Assembly: GCA_963745745.1 (NCBI GenBank)
Contig: CAVUYS010000097.1
Span: 62,049-126,048 of the forward strand
Origin: an uncultured Spirochaetota bacterium
GTDB lineage: Bacteria; Spirochaetota; Spirochaetia; SZUA-6; DRHE01
Length of the DNA stretch: 64,000 bases
Direction: 5' to 3'
Part shown: positions 17,683 to 27,728 of the stretch, piece after piece
Layout: every line of letters begins with the position of its first letter
Position numbering within the stretch: position 1 is the stretch's first letter
Position numbers and translations under genes: made by a program
Notes under the pieces: generated by a model
What the model was told of the DNA's origin: nothing
The model's database searches: none
The model's input: the letters and a program-made list of their open reading frames with translations, nothing else

Positions 17683-18786
17683 TCAACTCCAGTTCCGGCC
17701 TTCCTCGAGCATGATGAAATAGTTCTTGAGAGGCACGTAGTTGGCGATCGTGTTGCCGGCCCCCAGGGCAAAACGGCCGTCGGCGCAGCGGCTCAGGATA
17801 TTCCGCAGGTACTTGCGGAATTCCGCTTCCTCCATCCGGCACAGATTGTCCATGTCCACCCCACCGGCCAGGCCGATCCGCTTTCCATACTTGGCCATGG
17901 CCTGCGGGATCGGCAGGATCACCTCCTGGAAGGCGTGGACCACGTCGACGCCGGCCCGGATTACCTCCTCGATCTGGTTGTTGCTGTAATAGTTTCCGCA
18001 GGAATGCAGCACGAACAACTTGCCGTGATCGTGGGCGATTTTCGCGTACCTGGCGATCCAGGGAAATACGTACTTGCGCAGATGCTCCGGGGAAAGGATG
18101 GTCCCGGTATTGTAGCCCAGATCGTCCGTGTGCCAGATAGCCCCGACGCACTCGTAGTCGATGACGTTCTCATAATACCGCAGGCAGATCTTGCCCCACC
18201 GTTCGAACACCGCCTCCACCAGTTCGGGATCATCCGTGAGTTTGTAGAAGAGCCCTTCAAAGCCGAGCAGATTTTCCAATACATGCTCGAACAGGGCCGT
18301 GGCGGCGTAGACTTTCATGCCCTCCGGCAGGCAGGAATTCAATATTTCGTACTTCCGATAGTCGACGGTGATCTTGTCCCACGGGAAAGCCTCGAAATCC
18401 TCCCGGTTCGCGATGATGCCCAGACCCTCGCGAGCCCAATCCCTTTCGCCTCGAGAATGCTCCCCGGCGGTGTCCCCCGCAGTCGGTGAGCCAAGGGGTG
18501 GGTGCTCCAGCCAGTCGGTGCGCCACACTCCTTCGACCAACCCGTCATATCCGAGCTTCTGATAGAGCTCCGCCTTCTGGCGAAAGTGCAGTGCCATGGT
18601 TCCCGGGCTCAGCTTGATCCACTTGGCCTGCAGAAATTGCTCGGAAATCGCTTCCAGGATCTCTTCGTCGATCAGCAGTTCAATAGGATGCACCCGATCG
18701 GCGGGCTTCTTTCCGCTCAGGATCGCCATCAGTCTGTCAAAGTCAGCAACGGGCTTGGCAAGGATGGGTTGAAAGTTATTCATCAA
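17683..18786 (-). CDS. URO-D family protein
   Basis: WHTDDLGYNTG, LHSCG, GGVDMD and GAGNTIANY. Confidence 0.85.
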   Translation of the reverse strand: MMNNFQPILAKPVADFDRLMAILSGKKPADRVHPIELLIDEEILEAISEQFLQAKWIKLSPGTMALHFRQKAELYQKLGYDGLVEGVWRTDWLEHPPLGSPTAGDTAGEHSRGERDWAREGLGIIANREDFEAFPWDKITVDYRKYEILNSCLPEGMKVYAATALFEHVLENLLGFEGLFYKLTDDPELVEAVFERWGKICLRYYENVIDYECVGAIWHTDDLGYNTGTILSPEHLRKYVFPWIARYAKIAHDHGKLFVLHSCGNYYSNNQIEEVIRAGVDVVHAFQEVILPIPQAMAKYGKRIGLAGGVDMDNLCRMEEAEFRKYLRNILSRCADGRFALGAGNTIANYVPLKNYFIMLEEGRNWS

Positions 18787-18792
18787 GTTATC

Positions 18793-19831
18793 CTATAACG
18801 AAACGACTTTTCCGCTTCGCGCGGATTCGTATGCCGCCATGCAGGCCGCGATCGTCTTGACGCCCTCTTCGCCGCTGATCAGCGGTTCCGTATCCTTGCG
18901 GATGCAGTCCGCGAAGTGCTGGATCTGCAGGACATAGGGGTTGGGAGTGCCCTCCGGAGGCTGATACGTCTGCCTGCCCGCCCTGGAGTCGACTTCCACC
19001 CGGCCGGTGGATTCCCGCCACAGCGTTCCGGAAATCTTCATCACCCCATCCGTCCCGCAAATCTCCAGGTCGTTGGGCCCGCACAGATTCTCGAAGGATG
19101 ACAGCACCGTCGCGATCGCGCCTCCTTCGAAATGCAGTACCGTCGAGGATTCCCAATCCATCGGAAGGCGAGAGCTGCGGGTTTCCATCAGCGAGGTGAC
19201 CCGGCGAACCTCCTGGCCGAGGATGAAGCGCAGCAGGTCCACTACATGGGTGCCGACGCTCAGCAGGGAGCCGCCTCCCGCGGCTTCCGGATCCAGATGC
19301 CAGGGAGCGGTCGACAAGGGATACGCCGTGGGCAGGTGGAAGCCGAACTTGCCGCGGGCTTCGATGACCTTCCCCAATCCGCCCGAAGCGAGGAAATCCT
19401 TCGCCCAGGAATGGCAGGGGTTGAAGCGCATCATGTGCCCGATCATCAGCTTCACTTTGTGTTTTCTGCAGACCGACGCCATCTGCTGGGCCTCGGCCAG
19501 ATTGCGCGCCATCGGTTTTTCGCAGAGCACATGCAGGCCGGCTTCCGCGGCCATTGCGGTGATAGGTGGCATGCAGGTTGTTGGGCGCGGGGATATAGAC
19601 GGCGTTCACCCTCTTTTCCGAGACCACCGCCTTCGGATCCTGAGTGAAAAAGGGCACGTGGTATTTCTGGGCGAAAGCTTTTATGCGTTCCGGATTCCTG
19701 CCCTGAATGGCCGCCAGGGCATGTCCCGGCGTCGAGGAAATGGCCGGACCCATGGCCGCATCGCTGAAAGCTCCGAAACCCAGGACCCCCCACTTGAGCA
19801 CTTCTGCAGCAGCTGCCACGCCGGCCTCCAT
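18793..19831 (-). CDS. Gfo/Idh/MocA oxidoreductase (one frameshift near 19568)
   Basis: The N-half WGVLGFG...VYIPAPNNLH continues in another frame as HVLCEKPMA...AAGGGSLLSVGTHVVD. Confidence 0.85.
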
Positions 19832-19908
19832 TTCGGAGAAGGATTATAGAGGCAACCCCAGTCTTTCTGCAAGCTTATTCTTTCCTCGCATTTCCATGCA
19901 GAAATTTC

Positions 19909-19936
19909 TTGACATGCGGATCAGCCGTACTATAAT
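19909..19936 (+). promoter_or_regulatory. Consensus sigma70 promoter of the second sugar ABC operon
   Basis: TTGACA, 16 nt, TATAAT. Confidence 0.75.
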
Positions 19937-20023
19937 CAACCAACAAGAAAAAGGACCAACCGCCGCTGTTGATCAGGAAGAAATGACGATTCGGCAACAA
20001 CGCTGAGAAAGGAGGTGGCATTC

Positions 20024-20057
20024 GTCAGTCCTGTGGAGCGCGGGCTGGCCTTTTTTT
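20024..20057 (+). terminator. Terminator-like hairpin plus U7 inside the 5' leader
   Basis: GTCAGTCC...GGGCTGGC stem (with G-U pairs) followed by CTTTTTTT, upstream of the RBS of 20076. Confidence 0.45.
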
Positions 20058-20075
20058 CAACTAAGGAGGAGCACA

Positions 20076-21092
20076 ATGAAAAGCACGAGAAAGATCCTAT
20101 TCTGCCTGATGATATTGCTGCTCGTCGCAGCGATGGTTTCTTGGAGCGCTCCGAATAAAAAGAGAGTCTACTATTTCGCCGGTGTCGTGAATGCCCATCC
20201 CTACTGGCTCGACGCCAAAATCGGCTTTGCCTTTGCCCAGAAAGTGTTCGGCTGCGATGTGATCTGGGTTGGCCCGCAGACCTGGGACGTCCCGGCGCAG
20301 GTCCAGGCCCTGGAACAGACGATTCCCAAGAAGCCGGACGGGATCATCACCTGTCTTTTCGACTCGGAGCCCGTGCCCGGGGTCAAGAAGGCCATGAAAC
20401 TGGGCATTCCCGTGGTGGTCATCAATGCGACGGTTCCCGACAGCGGCGCCTTCTCCTACGTCGGAATGAGAAACTCGGAAGCCGGCGTAGCCGCCGCCGA
20501 ATTGCTGCTGAAATACGGCGGCAAGTCCGGCAAAGTCGGCGCGGTCACCGCGCTGGGCCTGTCCAACGTCGATGAAAGAGTGGTCGCTTTCAAGGAATAT
20601 ATCGCGAAGAACAGCAAATGGAATCTCGTGGCCCTCGTCGACGGCAAGGGCGACACGCAGACCTCCATCGAGGCGGCCACCGGCATGTTCAACGCCCACC
20701 CGGACCTGAACGCCGTCATTGGGTTCGACTCCAGCGCCGGTACGGGCCTCAGCGTGGCGATGGAGAACCTGAAGCTGGATCCCAAGAAGATCCCCGTCAT
20801 CTGCAATGACCGCGAGGATGCCCTGTTGAGGAACATCAAGAAGGGGACCATCAAGGCCACCATCGTGGCCAAGACAGCCCTCATGTCCTACCATGCGGTC
20901 CTGATGCTGGAGAACTACAACGACCTGCGGGACACCAAGCAGCAGCTGCCCATTTCCACCGACAACATGGCCGCCGGCGCCAACCCGTTCCCCGTGTACG
21001 TGAACACCGGCTTTGAGATCATCACTCAGGAAAATGTCGACTACTATCTCCGGGAAAACATGCCTTCGGAGAAGGACATCCTGGGCAAGTAA
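20076..21092 (+). CDS. Sugar ABC transporter substrate-binding protein
   Basis: Signal peptide, HPYW, PDGII and GIPVVVINA (type I PBP); RBS AAGGAGG. Confidence 0.9.
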   Translation: MKSTRKILFCLMILLLVAAMVSWSAPNKKRVYYFAGVVNAHPYWLDAKIGFAFAQKVFGCDVIWVGPQTWDVPAQVQALEQTIPKKPDGIITCLFDSEPVPGVKKAMKLGIPVVVINATVPDSGAFSYVGMRNSEAGVAAAELLLKYGGKSGKVGAVTALGLSNVDERVVAFKEYIAKNSKWNLVALVDGKGDTQTSIEAATGMFNAHPDLNAVIGFDSSAGTGLSVAMENLKLDPKKIPVICNDREDALLRNIKKGTIKATIVAKTALMSYHAVLMLENYNDLRDTKQQLPISTDNMAAGANPFPVYVNTGFEIITQENVDYYLRENMPSEKDILGK

Positions 21093-21104
21093 GCAGCTGT
21101 TCTG

Positions 21105-21142
21105 AGGAGTGCTCATTCACCTCCGGGTGAGTGAGCACTCCT
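21105..21142 (+). terminator. 17-bp intergenic hairpin after the binding-protein gene
   Basis: AGGAGTGCTCATTCACC-tccg-GGTGAGTGAGCACTCCT, with one G-U pair. Confidence 0.65.
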
Positions 21143-21161
21143 TCTTCAGGCATACAGCAAA

Positions 21162-22664
21162 GTGAACGACTACATCCGCGTCGACAACATTTCCAAGACC
21201 TTCGGCCCGGTCGTCGCCCTGCGCGATGTCAGCATGGGAATCCGCAAGGGCGAGATCCACGCGATCATCGGTGAGAACGGCGCCGGCAAGAGCACGCTAT
21301 TGAAGATACTCTGCGGGGAGCTGAAACAGGATGCCGGCAAGGTGTTCCTGGCCGACCAGGACATCGCCTCCCTGGGCGAGGCCATCCGCCAGAAGGTCAA
21401 GATGGTGCACCAGGAGCTTACCGTTTTCGACAACCTGACCGTAGCGGAGAACCTGTTCCCGGACTACATCTTCAACAAGCGCCGCGGATTGATCAACTAC
21501 AAGCAGCTGCACCAGCGGGCCCAAGAGCAGCTGCACCTGTTCGAAGTCAACATCCGCCCGGCGGAACGCATGGGCGACCTCTCTGTGGCGGAGCAGCAAA
21601 TCGTAGAAATACTGCGTGTGACCAGCCTATTCCCGGAGGTCGTGATTTTCGATGAGCCGACCTCCAGCCTGAACCAGAAGGAAGTCGAGGTATTGAACTC
21701 GCTTCTGCAAAAGCTGAAACAAAAACAGATCACCATCCTGTACATTTCCCATCGCATCAAGGAAGTGCTGGAAATCAGCGACCGGATCACGGTCCTGAAG
21801 AATGGCACAAACGTGCAGACCCTGGAGAATGAATCCCTGGAGCCCGCCCAGGTCATCAACCTGATGATCGGAAGGGAAATCGAGTCATTTTTCGATCTGG
21901 ACTCGCAAAAGATGCATGCCCGGACCGAAAAGAGGACGCCAATCCTGGAAATGAAGGATGTCAGCAATGGCTATTCGCTGGCTGGCATCGATTTGCGGAT
22001 ATTCGACAAGGAAATCCTCGGCATCTTCGGCCTGGAAGGATCAGGCACCTCGGATCTGTCCCGCCTGCTGTTCTGCCTGGACAGGCGCGAGAAGGGCGCC
22101 CTGTTGCTGCAAGACCGGGCGCAGGCCAGGCTGACTCCTCTGAAGATGATCGAAAACGGCTTCAGCTATCTCAGCAGCGACCGGAAAAAGTCCGGCCTGT
22201 TTCTGCAGCTGGCCGCCTATGAAAACATCCTGTGTCCCAATCTGAAAAGGCTCTCCACGAACAGTTTCGTGAACCGGGAGGGCATCCTGAAGGAGGCCGC
22301 GCTGTACGTCGATAAGATGGGCGTTGTCCTCCCCTCCGTCCGCGCCAGGGCCAACACCTTGAGCGGCGGCAACCAGCAGAAACTCATGCTTTCCGTTTGC
22401 CTCAGCACCGAACCCAAATGCCTGATCCTGAACGATCCCACGCGAGGCATCGACGTTGGCGCCAAGGCCGAGATCTACCGGATCATCAACAACCTGTCCG
22501 CGCGCGTCAGCGTGGTCATTTTCTCCTCCGAGCTGCCCGAGCTGATCGCCCTGTGCGACCGGCTGTTGATAATGAAAACGAAAAAGATCGTCGCGGAGCT
22601 GCACAAAGAAGAATTCGACGAGGAAAGAATCATGACCCTGGCGGCGGGCGGCGCGGAGCTATGA
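21162..22664 (+). CDS. Sugar ABC transporter ATP-binding protein
   Basis: GENGAGKSTL, FDEPTSSL, LSGGNQQKL and NDPTRGIDVGAK. Confidence 0.93.
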   Translation: MNDYIRVDNISKTFGPVVALRDVSMGIRKGEIHAIIGENGAGKSTLLKILCGELKQDAGKVFLADQDIASLGEAIRQKVKMVHQELTVFDNLTVAENLFPDYIFNKRRGLINYKQLHQRAQEQLHLFEVNIRPAERMGDLSVAEQQIVEILRVTSLFPEVVIFDEPTSSLNQKEVEVLNSLLQKLKQKQITILYISHRIKEVLEISDRITVLKNGTNVQTLENESLEPAQVINLMIGREIESFFDLDSQKMHARTEKRTPILEMKDVSNGYSLAGIDLRIFDKEILGIFGLEGSGTSDLSRLLFCLDRREKGALLLQDRAQARLTPLKMIENGFSYLSSDRKKSGLFLQLAAYENILCPNLKRLSTNSFVNREGILKEAALYVDKMGVVLPSVRARANTLSGGNQQKLMLSVCLSTEPKCLILNDPTRGIDVGAKAEIYRIINNLSARVSVVIFSSELPELIALCDRLLIMKTKKIVAELHKEEFDEERIMTLAAGGAEL

Positions 22665-23615
22665 GCGAAAAGTCCTCGGCCGTCAGACGGGCTTTCAGCC
22701 AGAATCTCATCATCATTTTGGTCGCTGGTTTGGTTGTCCTGCTGGCCATAACCAAGCCGCATTTCCTGAAATTCCCCAACCTGTACTCCCTGCTCTACGG
22801 CATTTCTATTGAGTTCTACGCGATCATAGGGTTGACTCTGTTGATGATCATGAGCGAGATGGACTTGTCCGTCGGCTCCGTTTTCGCGCTCACCGGAGCT
22901 TTCTCGGGCTTTCTGTGCATCGCTGGACTTCCGGTCGTGCCGGCAATCCTCATAGCGCTGGTGGCCGCGACCTGCGTCGGCCTGCTCAACGGATACCTGG
23001 TCTACAAACTGCGGGTGAACTCGATCATCCTGACCCTGGGAACCATGATCCTGGTGCGAGGGCTTGGTTACCCTGTTTGTCCAAATCAATGGCGGCGCGG
23101 ATTATCCGAAACTCTACAAGGAAATATCCAGGGTCAAGATATTCGGTGAGCTGAATATCACGATCCTGATCATGCTGGCCATCATTGTCGTGCTCGAGCT
23201 TTTCCTGCGGCGTCACATTCTATTCCGGAAAATGACGTTCATCGGGGAAAACATCGCCGCTTCCCGCATCTATGGCATCAATGCGGACAAGATCAAGCTG
23301 ATCGCTTTCACCATTTCCGGCTTTGGGGCGGGGATAGCAGGAGTTCTCACCGCATCGCGCAGCGGCCAGACGGTTTTCAATACCGGTCTCGGCCTGGAGT
23401 TCAAAATGGTCACCGCCGCGCTGTTGGCCGGCTCGAGCCTGTACGGCGGAAAAGGCTCCATCGCCAAGTCAGTGGTGGCGCTGTTGTTTCTGGCCTTGGT
23501 CCTGAACGCCATGATCATGTATGGAATCGACCCGGAATTCCAGGCGGTCATCGTGGGGGCGATCCTGATCATCGCCATCTACGTGGACAGCAGGCTGAAC
23601 GTGGCAACGAAGTAA
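22661..23615 (+). CDS. Sugar ABC permease (frameshift near 23060)
   Basis: MSEKSSAV...MDLSVGS...TLGTMILVRGL continues in ORF 23064 (GLEFKMVTAALLAGSSLYGGKG). Confidence 0.85.
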
Positions 23616-23626
23616 GGCGACCGACA

Positions 23627-24614
23627 ATGTCCAACCCTTTGCGAAAACTGAAGCGAATCGCCGCCTACCGGGAAATCCAGATCAGCGTGCTGATCGTGGT
23701 CGTGATTCTCATCCTGCTGGCCAAAAAGAGCATTTTCCTGGACATCAACAATATCGATTCGCTGCAGGTCAACATGGCGCCGAACATCCTGATCGGGATC
23801 GGAATGACGGTGCTGTTGATTGCCGGTGTATTCGACCTTTCCGTGGGCTCCGTGATGGGATTGGCAGGAGTGATCACCTCGATATTCCTGGCCAGGAACA
23901 CTCCGGTGCCCATTTCCCTGGCCGCTTGGTCTGGGCGTGGGCCTGGTGTTCGGGGTGATCAACGGGGCGCTCATCGGCTATTTGCGGCTCAACCACCTCA
24001 TCGTCACTATTGGAACGATGAACATCGGCCGGGGCCTCACCATCCTCCTGCTAAGGGGGGAAAGAAGGTTCGGCATTGGGGGCTTCCCGGAAATCATCAC
24101 CCAAATCGGGAACGACAAAATCGCGGGCCTGTACCTGATCGTCTGGGTCGCCCTGGTTTTCGCGGTCTTCTCCCAGTTCTACCTGCGAAAAGTCAGCAGC
24201 GGCCGCAAGTTGTTCTTCGTGGGAGGCAATCCGGAGGTTTCCCGGCTGATGGGCCTCAACGTGAGAAAAATCCATTTTGTCTCGTATGTCGTCTGCGGGC
24301 TTCTGGCAGCCTTGGCCGGGATCCTGGTGGTCATGCGCATCGGCGCTTCCGCCAGATATCTGGGCGAAGGGCTGGAGCTCAAGATCATCATCAGCTGCCT
24401 GATCGGCGGCGTAAGCCTGGCCGGAGGCAGAGGCACGATCGTCGGGACCACCCTCGGGGTCATCTTCATGACCCTGGTTGGAAACTCCTTTTCGATATTC
24501 GAAATCGGCGCCTATTGGCAGGACGTGATCGTCGGCACGCTGTTGATTATTGTGGTTTGCGCGGACGCCTATATCAACATCCTGAGACAGCGCGGAAACC
24601 GCGCAAGGACTTAG
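23627..24614 (+). CDS. Sugar ABC permease (frameshift near 23925)
   Basis: FDLSVGS in ORF 23627, then GLELKIIISCLIGGVSLAGGRG in ORF 23937. Confidence 0.85.
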
Positions 24615-25261
24615 CGCGAGCGCATCCCGGCCAGGGCCGGCAGCGCGATCGTGATCCCCACCGCCCCGATCCCGGCGCTGGCATAGCTGGCGCTCTGCAG
24701 CACCTCGGACCAGGCCTTGAACAGGGCGGCCTGCTGGGGAGAGGCGGTGGAGAGGTAGCGCTGGTCCAGGTAGTCGGAGAGGTACCAGCAGCCGTAGGAG
24801 CCGGCGAACCCCGCGATCGCCGTGCCCAAGGAAGTCCAGAAGAGGGTGGCCGTGGTCCTCCGCCTGCGCTCCCGCCGGCGGTCCACCAGGGATTCCCGCA
24901 GCAGCCGCTGGGCGGTCTCGGCCGCCTTGCGGCGCTCCTGCACCAGGCGCACCTCCTCGCGGGTCACGAACAGAAGCATGCCGCTGCGCTGGGCCAGGTC
25001 GCGGAAGTAGCTCTCCTGCACCGCGGAGTCCAGCTTCTCGAAATCCTTCAGCACCACGCTGGGCACGTCGGTTCCCGGCTGGACGAAATACTCCAGCAGC
25101 CAACGCTCGGCCTCCACGAGAGTGTCCTGCATGAGGGCGTGGGCCGCCTTGTCCGTGGCCGAGACCTCGGGGACGGCGGGAGCCGCCGGCGCCTCCTGTG
25201 CTTCCTGGGCCGCCGAGATCCCGCTGGAAGCCAGCAGCAGGCCCAGCAGCCAGGCGCGCAC
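24611..25261 (-). CDS. Hypothetical exported/membrane protein
   Basis: Signal peptide and two C-terminal hydrophobic segments; backbone codon usage; 2 nt from the upstream gene. Confidence 0.65.
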   Translation of the reverse strand: MRAWLLGLLLASSGISAAQEAQEAPAAPAVPEVSATDKAAHALMQDTLVEAERWLLEYFVQPGTDVPSVVLKDFEKLDSAVQESYFRDLAQRSGMLLFVTREEVRLVQERRKAAETAQRLLRESLVDRRRERRRRTTATLFWTSLGTAIAGFAGSYGCWYLSDYLDQRYLSTASPQQAALFKAWSEVLQSASYASAGIGAVGITIALPALAGMRSR

Positions 25262-25263
25262 GC

Positions 25264-26438
25264 TCAGCCTCCCCCGCCCTGCAGCTCGTCCAGGCGCTGC
25301 CGGTACTCCTGGGCGCGCGGGGAGCCCGGGTAGCGCTCCACCAGGGCGCGCCAGGCTTCCAGCAGCGCCGGGTGCTGCGCCGGGTCAGCCGCGGCCCACT
25401 GGGCCAGGACCTCGCAGCGGTACAGGTCGATGTCCTCGCGGGAATACAGGGGGTCGGCGAACACCATGGCGTCCAGGTGGGCCAGGCTTTCCTGGTAGTC
25501 GCCCTGGCGGGCGTACAGGTCGGCCAGGCTCTTTTCGGCCTTGTCGTACAGGTCGGGCAGCGGATAGCGGTTGACCAGGAGCTGGAACTCCAGGATGGCC
25601 AGGGTGTCGTCCTCGGTCAGGAAGTGGATCTTGGCCGACTTGAACAGGGCCTGCGGCAAGTAGACAGAATCCTTGTGCTCGTGCAGCACCAGCCCGTAGA
25701 AATGCAGAGCCTCTTCGCGCCGGTCCTGGGCCAGCAGCCCCTCGGCCCGCTCGTACAGCTCCCGCGCCACGTGCGGCGACTCCTGCAGGGGGCTTACCGA
25801 ATAGGAATAGGCCTTGCGGAAGCTGCGCCGCTTCAGGTGCAGCACCAGGTCGAAGCCGGCCAGCCCGGCGGTGACGCCGTAGGAGGACAGGGTCGCCGCC
25901 GACAGGGGCAGCGGCCCATCCGGCGGCGTGAGCAGGTCGTACACGGTGAGCAGGCCGGAAAAGGCCAGCGCCAGCGGCAGGCTGATGTTCAGCCCGTTGA
26001 TCGCCCCCTGCCAGCGGTAGCGGGGCTCCACGACCAGGCCGTCCCCTTTGCGGCGCACCCGGTAGTCCCCTTCGGGGAGCTGGAAGAGCACCCCCGCGGT
26101 CTTTTCCGGCTTCCCGGCCAGAACCAGATCGTTCTCGTTGAGGAAGGCCGGCTGGAAAGATGCCTCCGGTCAGGTCCAGCGACCTGGGCCTTCACCTCCC
26201 CCGCCGCCAGCTCGATGCTCACCCGGCGCGCCGGGTAGCCCTGTTTGCGCAGCTCGAAGGTGTGCTTCCCGGGAGCCAGGTCGCGCAGCAGCAGCGGGGT
26301 TTCCACCGCCAGCGGCTCGCCGTTGTGGATGACCTGGGCGTTGATGGGGGAAGAAGAAAGAAACAGCACCGACTGGGAGAAGCCGCCAATAGCCGATGCG
26401 AGCAGGAACAGCGAGGTGAGGATTCTTCTACTCTTCAT
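25264..26438 (-). CDS. PEGA-domain, membrane and TPR (BamD/CpoB-like repeats) protein (frameshift near 26170)
   Basis: N-terminal SSSPINAQV...ETPLLLRDLAPGKHTFELRKQGY (PEGA), two hydrophobic segments, and TPR-like helices ending ERYPGSPRA. Confidence 0.75.
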
Positions 26439-26454
26439 GGCCACATACCATTGA

Positions 26455-27469
26455 TCAAGGCAAGAAAGTAAATGGGATGGTGGTTGAAGAAGTGGCTGTT
26501 ATTACACGGCAATATCCAGGCCCGGGATCGATCGTATCATTAGATCCTGGCTCAGGCCCTGGTGTGCCTGTCTCCTTGAGCTCGTAAGTTGTTTGAATTT
26601 GGTTTTCCGCAATTGTTGGGCCGCTAAACACTTTTGCCCTGGTACCGTCGATGTCCACCAATTCAACTGTATCTGATGTGCTAAACGTATAGCCAGTGAT
26701 TCTAATTGACATGGGCGCAACTTCGATATATGCATAGTCTTTAGGTTCTGTCTGAAGGCTAAGGTTCTCTATCTTTATTATCCGCAGGAACTTGAAAGAT
26801 CTGCTTACAGGCGCTGACTCGTTGCCCGCTTCGTCGATCGCGGTAACTTGAAGCGTGTGCAAGCCTGCAGCAACAACCTCTGGCGGAAAACCTATTGGGA
26901 CCCCGCCCGCCTGCTGCAATACCTCAACTACTGGGCCCGTATCGAAGCTGTAACGCAACTTTACAGCACTCCCGGCTGAGAGAATCCCATTCCTCATGAT
27001 TCAGCATGATCATATTCGTCGGGAGATAGCATCCCCCTTCGAGCATATCTATATCGGGGCTTGCAGGAGGAACCGAATCGATGCTGAACTCCACTGTCTG
27101 CGAAAGCGATGCCATGTTCACGAAAGCGCCGCTACGTTCAACCTGGCCGGATAGATTCAGCAAGTAGTCCCCATCCCCATAGGGTTCTGGTAGGTTAATC
27201 GTCTCAGTATAAAGAACTCCTGGAGTCAGCAAGCCGCTTGTGTTGGAAAAAACCTCCGCTTCACCTGCCGTAATAGTGTAGTGGCAGCGGAGGACTGGTT
27301 CATCCGTAACAAATTTGTAGGATATTTCTATCGCATCGCCAGAAGACAAGGCTGCTTCGAAATCTAGCTCTAAGGATGGTTGTTCAAGCTTGAGCGAGAA
27401 GTCACAGGTCGCAAGCAGAGCGAGCATGAGAACCAGAGGTGCCTTCCACAAGGCTTGAACACCCCTCAT
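26455..27469 (-). CDS. Putative lipoprotein with Ig-like domains, atypical composition (frameshift near 27000)
   Basis: Lipobox-like LLATC. IDSVPPASP and GLHTLQVTAIDEAGNES are Ig-like signatures split over ORFs 26924-27469 and 26455-26997. Confidence 0.6.
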
Positions 27470-27688
27470 CAGAGACCCCCACCCTCATTGGAGCGCTACG
27501 CCACGCTCCGACTACTCCCCTCCCAATAGTTCGCAATCTTGAAGCGTAGAACAATCGAAACGCTTGGCTCGTCTAATCGACGCGATATATTAGCATATAG
27601 GGATGATTTTCACAATAGATTTCTGCCTTCAGCGCGCTTCCCCTGTTTTGATTCGCGTGGGGGCCAAGGCGGCCTCCGCCGGCCCCGG

Positions 27689-27717
27689 TTGACACACCCC
27701 CCCGCGCGCCGTAGGGT
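27689..27717 (+). promoter_or_regulatory. Promoter of hgcAB
   Basis: TTGACA, 17 nt, TAGGGT; ATG 27725 lies 7 nt downstream. Confidence 0.55.
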
Positions 27718-27728
27718 GTGGCCGATGA

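Larger units (their letters stand above)
4391..24614. other. Lower-GC carbohydrate-utilisation island
   Basis: Visibly more A/T-ending codons than the flanks and a coherent sugar-catabolic gene set; no mobility gene seen. Confidence 0.6.

Noticed and set aside
27585-27600. Short AT palindrome TATAT-tagc-ATATA as an ArsR operator for hgcA
   Set aside because: The arms are only 5 bp in an AT-rich patch about 90 nt upstream of the -35 box, and there is no arsR gene nearby.
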